This document shows, in pieces, positions 9,701-24,700 of a stretch of DNA of 64,000 nucleotides. Under the pieces are notes generated by a model, which worked only from the letters and a program-made list of their open reading frames with translations, was not told where the DNA came from and did no database searches. Source of the DNA: Amphiscolops sp. MND2022 (taxonomy: Eukaryota); NCBI GenBank assembly GCA_964187785.1, contig OZ076409.1, positions 70,744,001 through 70,808,000 of the forward strand, read 5' to 3'. Each line of letters starts with the position of its first letter. Position 1 is the stretch's first letter. A program made the translations under genes and the position numbers.

Positions 9701-12700
9701 GTTAAGAAAATTTGGATAGGATTCGGGATCTCGTGATCTAACCATAGGATTTTAAAGTTGGAGCGGCCCCCACCAGATTTTCCGAAAATTAGCGCCCCCC
9801 ACCGGGTTCCATACCCCGGAAAATTTTTTTCTGGCCACACGGGCGACCGTTAGGGGGTCATTTTAGGGGTAAAATTCATATTGGGCCACATAACTTTTTT
9901 TCTGTTGATTTAAAACTTTGGGACCCTGCTAAAAGTTTCTTGACCGTGTTGCAGGGGCCCCGGAGGTCCAAACCAAATTTTTCTATCTTGAAGCTATCTC
10001 CAAGTACCCCCCCGCCCAAACCGTTATTTTTCCGGAAACGCAGGTTTTTGACCCGGAAGGAGTCGTCTGAGCGCGGGGTCGTTAGGTGATGTATTGGGGA
10101 CGGCCTTGAGACGAAGCGGGGGACATGTAGTTTGCCGACCCCAGTTTACCCCCCGGACGGGAAATGACCGTTATTTGAGCGGGAAAAATGCCCCCCTCCA
10201 CGTTTTACCGCTATTTCCGGTGTGAAGGAGTGGGAGTAGCGCGTCGGGTGCCATATATCAAAAGTAGGTTTAGACAAGGATCTATCGGAAACATGTGGTT
10301 TGGGACCCCCTGGACCAACCCGTTAGCAGGAAATGGGGCTTCCGGCCCGTTTTTTTACGGTTAAAAACGGAAAATGGGCATTGAGGGGTAAATATCTCGT
10401 GAACGCGTGGAGCTACGGTGTCCATCACTACTACAAGGTTTCATACCCATGATATGGTGCCTTCAGGGTTGCAAACAGATTTCCGCTATCTATCACCGTT
10501 ACGGACTTGGCCCCCCAGCCTAACCGTTAAGTGACCGGAAATGTCATATTTTGAGCCCAAAGGGTCGGTCTCAGCCAGGGAACGTTAGGTAACTTATTGT
10601 AGTACTCATTGAGACGAGTTGGGGGACATAGTTTCAGTCACCCCCCGTTACCCCTTAGGACCGGAAATGACCGTTAGGTGAGTAAAATTGCCATTTTTGT
10701 CCTATTTGAAGGGCATTTAGATGCGGAAGGAGTGGTAATAGGTGCTTGGACACTATATTAGGTAAGGGAGGACGTGAGGCGAGCATTCGGAAATAACCGT
10801 TATGTTGACCCTAAAGTCCCCCTGGTACCGGAAGTGACCCGTAATGGTCAAATTTTGTGTTCAAAGGGTACAAATTTTTGGTATTTTGTAGATAAAAGTA
10901 TCTATTAGGTGTTTCGACGGTCTGCAGTCGTGAACATAGTCATGAAACCTTGTGGGGGGTAACGGTATATAGCACCGGAAGTCCAAGCCTTTGGAGACAG
11001 GATAAGTTTTTTGGTTTTAAAATGTCTTTCGGCCTACTTTTGTCGACTATTATGGTCTATTTTTGAAAAATAAAGATTTTCCATATAGTTTCAGAGACTC
11101 CGAAACCTCAACCAACAAAACCGTTACCTAATGATAGCCTTTCAAGTTGGCCTGGTGTCAACTTGGAAGGGCTATCCTTCAAAAATCATTAATCAAGTGT
11201 GTTTTTGAGTATGTTTGTATTACTTTAGAATCAATTAGAGCTTCAAGAAAAGTTTGCCAACGACAAAAACTATGTCGTGATGATTCCGGTATTAGAATAA
11301 TAGTTGAGAAAATGTTGATAAATTTGCTTTTTTACATTTCAAATGTGTCCTAAATGCCAGAAAACCTCTTTACCAAACAAATGGTATTGATTGAAATGTA
11401 TATAACAGCTAATAAAAGTTCAAATTGAATATTACATTTCATTTTGGAAGCTGAAACGTCATATTGTAGTTTAATTAACGTCAACGCCACATACTTTACA
11501 TCAACGCCCACCGTCCGTAGGCATGCCGAGGCATGCCTTTCGACGACGTATACCAAATTCCACCCACACAACACCCCCGAGCGCGGTAGCAGCTAGGTGC
11601 GGGGGGGAAACCCCAACAAAATTTTTGGAGGATTCGGGTAGGGTCCTGAATCCGAGTTCAGTGCTGCCAGCTTTCGTTAAGAAAATTTGGATAGGATTCG
11701 GGATCTCGTGATCTAACCATAGGATTTTAAAGTTGGAGCGGCCCCCACCAGATTTTCCGAAAATTAGCGCCCCCCACCGGGTTCCATACCCCGGAAAATT
11801 TTTTTCTGGCCACACGGGCGACCGTTAGGGGGTCATTTTAGGGGTAAAATTCATATTGGGCCACATAACTTTTTTTCTGTTGATTTAAAACTTTGGGACC
11901 CTGCTAAAAGTTTCGTGACCGTGTTGCAGGGGCCCCGGAGGTCCAAACCAAATTTTTCTATCTTGAAGCTATCTCCAAGTACCCCCCCGCCCAAAACGTT
12001 ATTTTTCCGGAAACGCAGGTTTTTGACCCGGAAGGAGTCGTCGGAGCGCGGGGTCGTTAGGTGATGTATTGGGGACGGCCTTGAGACGAAGTGGGGGACA
12101 TGCAGTTTGCCAACCCCAGTTTACCCCCCGGACGGGAAATGACCGTTATATGAGCGGGAAAAATGCCCCCCTCCACGTTTTACCGCTATTTCCGGTGTGA
12201 AGGAGTGGGAGTAGCGCGTCGGGTGCCATATATCAAAAGTAGGTTTAAACAAGGAACTATCGGAAACATGTGGTTTGGGACCCCCTGGACCAACCCGTTA
12301 GCGGGAAATGGGACTTCCGCCTCCTTTTTTTACGGTTAAAAACGGAAAATGGGCATTGAGGGGTAAATATCTCGTGAACGCGTGGAGCTACGGTGTCCTT
12401 CACTACTACAAGGTTTCATACCCATGATATGGTGCCTTCAGGGGGGCAAACAGATTTCCGCTATCTATCACCGTTACGGACTTGGCCCCCCAGCCTAACC
12501 GTTAAGTGACCGGAAATGTCATATTTTGAACCCAAAGGGTCGATCCTAGCCGGGCAACGTTAGGTAACAAATTGTAGTACTCATTGAGACGAGTTGGGGG
12601 ATCTAGTTTCAGTCACCCCCCGTTACCCCTTGAGACCGGAAATGACCGTTATGTGAGTAGAATTGCAATTTTTATACCTTTTGAAGGGCATTTAGGTGCG

Positions 12701-15700
12701 GAAGGAATGGTAATAGGTGCTTGGACACTATATGATGTAATGGAGGTCGTGAGGAGAGCATTCGGAAGTAACCGTTACGTTGACCCCAAAGTCCCCCTGG
12801 TACCGTTAACAACCGGAAATGGCCAAATTTTGTGTTTATAGGGTACAAATGTTTGGTATTTTATGGATAAAAGTACCTGGAAGGTGTTTTAAAGGCCTCC
12901 AGAAGTGAACATAGTCATGAAACTTTGTGGGGGGTAACGGTATATAGCACCGGAAGTCCAAACCGTTAGTTACAGAATAGGTTTTTTGGTTTCAAAATGT
13001 CTTTAGGCGTAGTTTTGTGGGTTGAATCGTCATAATATCAACTAATACGGACTTTTTTCGGAAATAAAATTTTTTCACATTAGTTTCAGGGACCTCCAAT
13101 GTTTCAGTCAACATAACCGTTACATTTTGATAGCCTTTCAAGTTGGCCTGGTGTCAACTTGGAAGGGCTATCCTTCTAAAATCGTTAATCAAGAGTGTTT
13201 TCGGGTAGGTGTATGTTGCATTAGTACCAATTAGAGCTTCATCAACAGTTTGCCAACGGCAAAAACGATGTCGTGATAATTCCGTTATAACAATATTAAT
13301 TAACAAATTGTTTCCAAAGTTGATTTTTTTCCATTCGAAATGTGTCCCAATGCCACCAAATTGAATAAAATAATAAATGGTATTGACTAAAACTAAATAA
13401 CATTGAAAAAGAAGCTCAACATTTTTAATAGGTCTCATTATGGAAGCTGAAACCTCACGTTTTAACTTAATTAACGTCAACGCCACATACTTTACATCAA
13501 CGCCCACCGTCTGTGGGCATGCCGAGGCATGCCCTTCGACGACGTATACCAATTACATATATATCTACACCCACCCGCGGTAGCAGCTAGGTGCGGGGGG
13601 GTAACCCCAACAAAATTTTTGGAGGATTCGGGTAGGGTCCTGAATCCGAGTTCAGTGCTGCCAGCTTTCGTTAAGAAAATTTGGATAGGATTCGGGATCT
13701 CGTGATCTAACCATAGGATTTTAAAGTTGGAGCGGCCCCCACCAGATTTTCCGAAAATTAGCGCCCCCCACCGGGTTCCATACCCCGGAAAATTTTTTTC
13801 TGGCCACACGGGCGACCGTTAGGGGGTCATTTTAGGGGTAAAATTCATATTGGGCCACATAACTTTTTTTCTGTTGATTTAAAACTTTGGGACCCTGCTA
13901 AAAGTTTCTTGACCGTGTTGCAAGGGCTCCGGAGGTCCAAACCAAATTTTTCTAGCTTGAAGCTATCTCCAAGTACCCCCCCGCCCAAAACGTTATTTTT
14001 CCGGAAACGCAGGTTTTTGACCCGGAAGGAGTAGTCGGAGCGCGGGGTCGTTAGGTGATGTATTGGGGACGGCCTTGAGACGAAGTGGGGGACATGCAGT
14101 TTGCCAACCCCAGTTTACCCCCCGGACGGGAAATGACCGTTATATGAGCGGGAAAAATTCCCCCCTCCACGTTTTACCGCTATTTCCGGTGTGAAGGAGT
14201 GGGAGTAGCGCGTCGGGTGCCATATATCAAAAGTAGGTTTAGACAAGGATCTATCGGAAACATGTGGTTTGGGACCCCCTGGACCAACCCGTTAGCAGGA
14301 AATGGGGCTTCCGGCCCGTTTTTTTACGGTTAAAAACGGAAAATGGGAATTGAGGGGTAAATATCTCGTGAACGCGTGGAGCTACGGTGTCCTTCACTAC
14401 TACAAGGTTTCATACCCATGATATGGTGCCTTCAGGGGGGCAAACAGATTTCCGCTATCTGTCACCGTTACGGACTTGGCCCCCCAGCCTAACCGTTAAG
14501 TGACCGGAAATGTCATATTTTGAGCCCAAAGGGTCGGTCTCAGCCAGGGAACGTTAGGTAACTTATTGTAGTACTCATTGAGACGAGTTGGGGGACATAG
14601 TTTCAGTCACCCCCCGTTACCCCTTAGGACCGGAAATGACCGTTATGTGAGTAAAATTGCCATTTTTGTCCTATTTGAAGGGCATTTAGATGCGGAAGGA
14701 GTGGTAATAGGTGCTTGGACACTATATGAGGTAAGGGAGGACGTGAGGCGAGCATTCAGACATAACCGTTATGTTGACCCTAAAGTCCCCCTGGTACCGT
14801 AAACGACCGGAAATGGTCAAATTTTGTGTCTATTGGGTACAAATGTTTGGTATTTTGTAAATAAAAGTATCTATTAGGTGTTTCGACGGTTTGCAGTAGT
14901 GAACATAGTCATGAAACCTTGTGGGGGGTAACGGTATATAGCACCGGAAATCCGAACCGTTGGAGACAAGATAGGTTTTTTGGTTTTAAAATGTCTTTCG
15001 GCGTACTTTTGTCGACTATTATGGACTTTTTTTGGAAAATAAAGTTTTTCCATATAAATTCAGAGACTCCGAAACCTCAACCAACATAACCGTTACCTTA
15101 TGATAGCCTTTCAAGTTGGCCTGGTGTCAACTTGGAAGGGCTATCCTTCAAAAATCGTTAATCAAGTGTGTTTTTGGGTATGTTTTTATCATTTTAGAAT
15201 CAATTAAAGCTCCAAGAAAAGTTTGCCAACGACAAAAACTATGTCGTGATGATTCCGTTATTAGAATGATGGTTAACAAAATGTTGATAAAGTTGATTTT
15301 TTACATTTCAAATGTGTCCTAAAAGCCAGAAAACCTCTTTACCAAAAAAATGGTATTGATTGAATTGTATATAACAGGTAATAAAAGTTCAAATTGATTA
15401 TTACGTTTCATTATTCAAGCTAAAAATTCATAACATAGTTTAATTAACGTCAACGCCACATACTTTACATCAACGCCCACCGTCTGTGGGCATGCCGAGG
15501 CATGCCCTTCGACGACGTATACCAAATACATACCTAACGACGCCCGTACATCCCGGGCTAGGTGCGGGGGGGAAACCCCAACAAAATTTTTGGAGGATTC
15601 GGGTAGGGTCCTGAATCCGAGTTCAGTGCTGCCAGCTTTCGTTAAGAAAATTTGGATAGGATTCGGGATCTCGTGATCTAACCATAGGATTTTAAAGTTG

Positions 15701-18700
15701 GAGCGGCCCCCACCAGATTTTCCGAAAATTAGCGCCCCCCACCGGGTTCCAGCGTGATTGAAATATTTTGACGGGGTACACGGGCGACCGTTAGGGGGTC
15801 ATTTTAGGGGTAAAATTCATATTGGGCCACATAACTTTTTTTCTGTTGATTTAAAACTTTGGGACCCTGCTAAAAGTTTCTTGACCGTGTTGCAAGGGCT
15901 CCGGAGGTCCAAACCAAATTTTTCTAGCTTGAAGCTATCTCCAAGTACCCCCCCGCCCAAAACGTTATTTTTCCGGAAACGCAGGTTTTTGACCCGGAAG
16001 GAGTCGTCTGAGCGCGGGGTCGTTAGGTGATGTATTGGGGACGGCCTTGAGACGAAGCGGGGGACAAGTAGTTTGCCGACCCCAGTTTACCCCCCGGACA
16101 GGAAATGACCGTTATATGAGCGGGAAAAATGCCCCCCTCCACGTTTTACCGCTATTTCCGGTGTGAAGGAGTGGAAGTAGCGCGTCGGGTGCCATATATC
16201 AAAAGTAGGTTTAGACAAGGACCTATCGGAAACATGTGGTTTGGGACCCCCTGGACCAACCCGTTAGCGGGAAATGGGGCTTCCGCCTCCTTTTTTTACT
16301 GCTAAAACCGTAAAATGGGCATTGAGGGGTAAATATCTCGTGAACGCGTGGAGCTACAGTGTCCATCACTACTACAAGGTTTCATACCCATGATATGGTG
16401 CCTTCAGGGGGGCAAACAGATTTCCGCTATCTATCACCGTTACCGACTTGGCCCCCCAGCCTAACCGCTATGTGACCGGAAATGTCACTTTTTGAGCCCA
16501 AAGGGTCGGTCCCAGCCGGGGAACGTTAGGTAACTTATTGTAGTACTCATTGAGACGAGTTGGGGGATATAGTTTCAGTCAACCCCCGTTACCCCTTGGG
16601 ACCGGAAATGACCGTTATGTGGGTAAATTTGCAATTTTTATACTCTTTGAAGTGCATTTAGGTGCGGAAGGAGTGGTAATAGGTGCTTGGACACTATATG
16701 AAGGAAGGGAGGACGTGAGGCGAGCATTTGGAAATAACCGTTATGTTGACCCTAAAGTCCCCCTGGTACCGGAAGTGACCCGTAATGGTCAAATTTTGTG
16801 TTCAAAGGGTACAAATGTTTGGCATTTTGTAGATAAAAGTATCTATTAGGTGTTTCGACGGTCTGCAGTCGTGAACATAGTCATGAAAACTTGTGGGGGG
16901 TAACGGTATATTGCACCGGAAGTCCAAACCTTTGGAGACAGGATAAGTTTTTTGGTTTTAAAATGTCTTTCGGCCTACTTTTGTCGACTATTATGGTCTA
17001 TTTTTCAAAAATAGAGTTTTTCCATATAGTTTCAGAGACTCCGAAACCTCAACCAACATAACCGTTACCTTATGATAGCCTTTCAAGTTGGCCTGGTGTC
17101 AACTTGGAAGGGCTATCCTTCAAAAATCATTAATCAAGTGTTTTTTTGAGTATGTTTGTATTACTTTAGAATCAGTTAGAGCTTCAAGAAAAGTTTGCCA
17201 ACGACAAAAACTATGTCGTGATGATTCCGTTATTAGAATAATGACTAAGAAAATGTTGATAAATTTGATTTTTTACATTTCAAATGTGTCCTAAATGCCA
17301 GAAAACCTCTTTACCAATTAAATGGTATTGAGTGAATTGTATATAACAGCTAATAAAAGTTCAAATTGAATATTACGTTTCATTTTGGAAGCTGAAACGT
17401 CATATTGAAGTTTAATTAACGTCAACGCCACATACTTTACATCAACGCCCACCGTCCGTAGGCATGCCGAGGCATGCCTTTCGACGACGTATACCAAATT
17501 CCACCCACACAACACCCCCGAGCGCGGTAGCAGCTAGGTGCGGGGGGGAAACCCCAACAAAATTTTTGGAGGATTCGGGTAGGGTCCTGAATCCGAGTTC
17601 AGTGCTGCCAGCTTTCGTTAAGAAAATTTGGATAGGATTCGGGATCTCGTGATCTAACCATAGGATTTTAAAGTTGGAGCGGCCCCCACCAGATTTTCCG
17701 AAAATTAGCGCCCCCCACCGGGTTCCATACCCCGGAAAATTTTTTTCTGGCCACACGGGCGACCGTTAGGGGGTCATTTTAGGGGTAAAATTCATATTGG
17801 GCCACATAACTTTTTTTCTGTTGATTTAAAACTTTGGGACCCTGCTAAAAGTTTCTTGACCGTGTTGCAGGGGCCCCGGAGGTCCAAACCAAATTTTTCT
17901 ATCTTGAAGCTATCTCCAAGTACCCCCCCGCCCAAACCGTTATTTTTCCGGAAACGCAGGTTTTTGACCCGGAAGGAGTCGTCTGAGCGCGGGGTCGTTA
18001 GGTGATGTATTGGGGACGGCCTTGAGACGAAGCGGGGGACATGTAGTTTGCCGACCCCAGTTTACCCCCCGGACGGGAAATGACCGTTATTTGAGCGGGG
18101 AAAATGCCCCCCTCCACGTTTTACCGCTATTTCCGGTGTGAAGGAGTGGGAGTAGCGCGTCGGGTGTTATATAACAAAAGTAGGTTTAGACAAGGACCTA
18201 TCGGAAACATGTAGTTTGGGACCCCCTGGACCAACCCGTTAGCGGGAAATGGGGCTTCCGCCTCCTTTTTTTACTGCTAAAACCGTAAAATGGGCATTGA
18301 GGGGTAAATATCTCGTGAACGCGTGGAGCAATCGTGTCCATCACTACTACAAGGTTTCATACCTATGATATGGTGCCTTCAGGGGGGCAAACAGATTTCC
18401 GCTATCTATCGCCGTTACCGACTTGGCCCCCCAGCCTAACCGCTATGTGACCAGAAATGTCACTTTTTGAGCCCAAAGGGTCGGTCCCAGCCGGGGAACG
18501 TTAGGTAACTTATTGTAGTACTCATTGAGACGAGTTGGGGGATATAGTTTCAGTCACCCCCGTTACCCCTTAGGACCGGAAATGACCGTTATGTGGGTAA
18601 AGTTGCAATTTTTGAACTTTTTGAAGGGCATTTAGATGCGGAAGGAGTGGTAATAGGTGCTTGGACACTAAATGAAGGAAGGGAGGACGTGAGGCGAGCA

Positions 18701-21700
18701 TTCGGAAATAACCGTTATGTTGACCCTAAAGTCTCCCTGGTACCGGAAGTGACCGGAAATTGTCAAATTTGGTGTTTTTAGGGTACAAATGTTCGGTGTT
18801 TTATGGATTAAAGTACAGGTTAGGTGTTTTCACGGTCTGCAGTAGTGAACATAGTCATGAAAACTTGTGGGGGGTAACGGTATATAGCACCGGAAGTCCA
18901 AACCGTTGGAGACAGGATAAGTTTTTTGGTTTTAAAATGTCTTTCGGCCTACTTTTGTTGACTATTATGGACTATTTTTGGAAAATAAAGTTTTTCCAAA
19001 TAGTTTCAGAGACTCCGAAACCTCAACCAACATAACCGTTACCTTATTATAGCCTTTCAAGTTGGCCTGGTGTCAACTTGGAAGGGCTATCCTTCAAAAA
19101 TCATTAATCAAGTGTGTTTTTGAATTTGTTTGTATTACTTTAGAATCAATTAGAGCTTCAAGAAAAGATTGCCAACGACAAAAACTATGTCGTTATGATT
19201 CCGTTATTGGAATAATAGTTAACAAAACTATTGATAAAGTTGATTTTTTACATTTTAAATGTGTTCTAAATGCCAGAACACCTCTTTACCAAACAAATGG
19301 AATTGATTGAATTGTATATAGAAGCTAATAAAAGTTCAAATTGAATATTACATTTCATTATGCAAGCTGAAACGTCAAATTATAGTTTAATTAACGTCAA
19401 CGCCACATACTTTACATCAACGCCCACCGTCCGTAGGCATGCCGAGGCATGCCTTTCGACGACGTATACCAAATTCCACCCACACAACACCCTCGAGCGC
19501 GGTAGCAGCTAGGTGCGGGGGGGAAACCCCAACAAAATTTTTGGAGGATTCGGGTAGGGTCCTGAATCCGAGTTCAGTGCTGCCAGCTTTCGTTAAGAAA
19601 ATTTGGATAGGATTCGGGATCTCGTGATCTAACCATAGGATTTTAAAGTTGGAGCGGCCCCCACCAGATTTTCCGAAAATTAGCGCCCCCCACCGGGTTC
19701 CAGCGTGATTGAAATATTTTGACGGGGTACACGGGCGACCGTTAGGGGTCATTTTGGGGGTAAAATTTATATCCGGTCGCATAACTTTTTTCCTGTTGGT
19801 TTAAAACTTTGGGACCCTGCTAAAAGTTTCTTGACCTTGTTGCAGTGGCTCCGGAGGTCCAAACCAAATTTTTCTATCTTGAAGCTATCTCCAAGTACCC
19901 CCCCGCCCAAAACGTTATTTTTCCGGAAACGCAGGTTTTTGACCCGGAAGGAGTCGTCGGAGCGCGGGGTCGTTAGGTGATGTATTGGGGACGGCCTTGA
20001 GACGAAGTGGGGGACATGCAGTTTGCCAACCCCAGTTTACCCCCCGGACGGGAAATGACCGTTATATGAGCGGGAAAAATGCCCCCCTCCACGTTTTACC
20101 GCTATTTCCGGTGTGAAGGAGTGGGAGTAGCGCGTCGGGTGCCATATATCAAAAGTAGGTTTAAACAAGGACCTATCGGAAACATGTGGTTTGGGACCCC
20201 CTGGACCAACCCGTTAGCGGGAAATGGGGCTTCCGCCTCCTTTTTTTACGGTTAAAAACGGAAAATGGGCATTGAGGGGTAAATATCTCGTGAACGCGTG
20301 GAGCTACGGTGTCCTTCACTACTACAAGGTTTCATACCCATGATATGGTGCCTTCAGGGGGGCAAACAGATTTCCGCTATCTATCACCGTTACGGACTTG
20401 GCCCCCCAGCCTAACCGTTAAGTGACCGGAAATGTCATATTTTGAGCCCAAAGGGTCGGTCTCAGCCAGGGAACGTTAGGTAACTTATTGTAGTACTCAT
20501 TGAGACGAGTTGGGGGACATAGTTTCAGTCACCCCCCGTTACCCCTTAGGACCGGAAATGACCGTTATGTGAGTAAAATTGCCATTTTTGTCCTATTTGA
20601 AGGGCATTTAGATGCGGAAGGAGTGGTAATAGGTGCTTGGACACTGTATGATGTAAGGGAGGACGTTAGGCGAGCATTCGGACATAACCGTTATGTTGAC
20701 CCTAAAGTCCCCCTGGTACCGTAAACGACCGGAAATGGTCAAATTTTGTGTCTATTGGGTACAAATGTTGGGTATTTTGTAGATAAAAGTATCTATTAGA
20801 TGTTTCGACGGTCTGCAGTAGTGAACATAGTCATGAAACCTTGTGGGGGGTAACGGTATATAGCACCGGAAGTCCAAACCGTTGGTGACAGGATAGGTTT
20901 TTTGGTTTTAAAACGTCTTTCGGCGTACCTTTGTCGACTATTAAGGACTATTTTTAAAAATTAAAGATTTTCCATATAGTTTCAGAGACTCCGAAACCTC
21001 AACCAACATAACCGTTACCTCATGATAGCCTTTCAAGTTGGCCTGGTGTCAACTTGGAAGGGCTATCCTTCAAAAATCGTCAATCAAGTGTGTTTTTGGG
21101 TATGTTTGTATCATTTTAGAATCAATTAGAGCTTCAAGAAAAGTTTCCCAACGACAAAAACTAATTCGCGAAGATTCCGTTACTAGAATTATAGTTAGCA
21201 AATTGTTGAGAAAAATGTTTTTTTTCCAAATTAAATGTGTCCTAAATGCCAGGAAACCTATTTAACTAACAAATGGTATTGATTGGAATGTATGTAACAG
21301 ATTTATAAAAGTTCAAATTGATTATTAAGTTTCATTATGGAAGCTGAAACGTAATATTTTAGTTTAATTAACGTCAACGCCACATACTTTTTATCAACGC
21401 CCACCGTCTGTGGGCATGCCGAGGCATGCCCTTCGACGACGTATACCAAATACATACCTAACGACGCCCGTACATCCCGGGCTAGGTGCGGGGGGGAAAC
21501 CCCAACAAAATTTTTGGAGGATTCGGGTAGGGTCCTGAATCCGAGTTCAGTGCTGCCAGCTTTCGTTAAGAAAATTTGGATAGGATTCGGGATCTCGTGA
21601 TCTAACCATAGGATTTTAAAGTTGGAGCGGCCCCCACCAGATTTTCCGAAAATTAGCGCCCCCCACCGGGTTCCATACCCCGGAAAATTTTTTTCTGGCC

Positions 21701-24700
21701 ACACGGGCGACCGTTAGGGGGTCATTTTAGGGGTAAAATTCATATTGGGCCACATAACTTTTTTTCTGTTGATTTAAAACTTTGGGACCCTGCTAAAAGT
21801 TTCTTGGCCGTGTTGCAGGGGCCCCGGAGGTCCAAACCAAATTTTTCTATCTTGAAGCTATCTCCAAGTACCCCCCCGCCCAAAACGTTATTTTTCCGGA
21901 AACGCAGGTTTTTGACCCGGAAGGAGTCGTCTGAGCGCGGGGTCGTTAGGTGATGTTTTGGGGACGGCCTTGAGACGAAGCGGGGGACATGTAGTTTGCC
22001 GACCCCTGTTTACCCCCCGGACGGGAAATGACCGTTATTTGAGCGGGAAAAATGCCCCCCTCCACGTTTTACCGCTATTTCCGGTGTGAAGGAGTGGGAG
22101 TAGCGCGTCGGGTGCCATATATCAAAAGTAGGTTTAGACAAGGACCTATCAGAAACATGTGGTTTTGGACCCCCTGGACCAACTCGTTAGCGGGAAATGG
22201 GGCTTCCGCCTCCTTTTTTTACTGCTAAAACCGTAAAATGGGCATTGAGGGGTAAATATCTCGTGAACGCGTGGAGCTACAGTGTCCATCACTACTACAA
22301 GGTTTCATACCCATGATATGGTGCCTTCAGGGGGGCAAACAGATTTCCGCTATCTATCACCGTTACCGACTTGGCCCCCCAGCCTAACCGCTATGTGACC
22401 GGAAATGTCACTTTTTGGGCCCAAAGGGTCGGTCCCAGCCGGGGAACGTTAGGTAACTTATTGTAGTACTCAATGAGACGAGTTGGGGGATATAGTTTCA
22501 GTCACCCCCCGTTACCCCTTAGGACCGGAAATGACCGTTATGTGGGTAAATTGGCATTTTTTGTACTTTTTGAAGGGCATTTAGATGCGGAAGGAGTGGT
22601 AATAGGTGCTTGGACACTATATGAAGGAAGGGAGGACGTGAGGCGAGCATTCGGAAATAACCGTTATGCTGACCCTAAAGTCCCCCTGGTACCGGAAGTG
22701 ACCCGTAATGGTCAAATTCTGTGTTTAAAGGGTACAAATGTTTGGTGTTTTATGGATAACAGTACCTATTAGGTGTTTCGACGGTCTGCAGTCGTGAACA
22801 TAGTCATGAAACCTTGTGGGGGGTAACGGTATATATCACCGAAAGTCCAAACCGTTGGAGACAGGATACGTTTTTTGGTTTTAAAATGTCTTTCGGCCTA
22901 CTTTTGTCGACTATTATGGACTATTTTTGAAAAATAAAGTTTTTCCATATAGTTTCAGAGACTCCGAAACCTCAACCAACATAACCGTTACCTTATGATA
23001 GCCTTTCAAGTTGGCCTGGTGTCAACTTGGAAGGGCTATCCTTCAAAAGTCATTAATCAAGTTTGTTTTTGAGTTTGTTTGTTTTACTTTAGAATCAATT
23101 AGAGCTTCAGGAAAAGTTTGAAAACGATAAAAACTATGTCGTGATGATTCCGTTATTAGAATAATAGTTAAAAAATTTTGATAAAATTGATTTTTTACAT
23201 TTCAAATCTGTCCTAAATGCCAGAAAACCTCTTTACCAAACAAATGGTATTGATTGAATTGTATAAAACAGCTAATAAAAGTTCAAATTGAATATTACGT
23301 TTCATTATGGAAGCTGAAACGTCATATTATAGATTCATTACTGTCAACGCCACATACTTTACATCAACGCCCACCGTCCGTAGGCATGCCGAGGCATGCC
23401 TTTCGACGACGTATACCAAATTCCACCCACACAACACCCCCGAGCGCGGTAGCAGCTAGGTGCGGGGGGGAAACCCCAACAAAATTTTTGGAGGATTCGG
23501 GTAGGGTCCTGAATCCGAGTTCAGTGCTGCCAGCTTTCGTTAAGAAAATTTGGATAGGATTCGGGATCTCGTGATCTAACCATAGGATTTTAAAGTTGGA
23601 GCGGCCCCCACCAGATTTTCCGAAAATTAGCGCCCCCCACCGGGTTCCATACCCCGGAAAATTTTTTTCTGGCCACACGGGCGACCGTTAGGGGGTCATT
23701 TTAGGGGTAAAATTCATATTGGGCCACATAACTTTTTTTCTGTTGATTTAAAACTTTGGGACCCTGCTAAAAGTTTCTTGACCGTGTTGCAGTGGCTCCG
23801 GAGGTCCAAACCAAATTTTTCTATCTCGAAGCTATCTCCAAGTACCCCCCCGCCCAAAACGTTATTTTTCCGGAAACGCAGGTTTTTGACCCGGAAGGAG
23901 TCGTCTGAGCGCGGGGTCGTTAGGTGATGTTTTGGGGACGGCCTTGAGACGAAGTGGGGGACATGTAGTTTGCCGACCCCAGTTTACCCCCCGGACGGGA
24001 AATGACCGTTATATGAGCGGGAAAAATGCCCCCTTCCACGTTTTACCGCTATTTCCGGTGTGAAGGAGTGGGAGTAGCGCGTCGGGTGCCATATATCAAA
24101 AGTAGGTTCAGACAAGGACCTATCGGAAACATGTAGTTTGGGACCCCCTGGACCAACCCGTTAGCGAGAAATGGGGCTTCCGGCCCGTTTTTTTACGGTT
24201 AAAAACGGAAAATGTGCATTGAGGGGTAAATATCTCGTGAACGCGTGGAGCTACGGTGTCCATCACTACTACAAAGTTTCATACCCATGATATGGTGCCT
24301 TCAGGGGGGCAAACAGATTTCCGCTATCTATCACCGTTACGGACTTGGCCACCCAGCCTAACCGCTATGTGACCGGAAATGTCACTTTTTGAGCCCAAAG
24401 GGTCGGTCTCAGCCAGGGAACGTTAGGTAACTTATTGTAGTACTCATTGAGACGAGTTGGGGGATACAGTTTCAGTCACCCCCCGTTACCCCTTGGGACC
24501 GGAAATGACCGTTATGTGGGTAAAATTGCAATTTTTGTGCTTTTTCGAGGGCATTTAGGTGCGGAAGGAGTAGTAATAGGTGCTTGGACACTATATGATG
24601 ATAGGGAGGACGTGAGGCGAGCATTCAAAAATAACCGTTATGTTGACCCCAAAGTCCCCCTGGTACCGGAAGTGACCCGTAACGGTCAAATTTTGTGTTT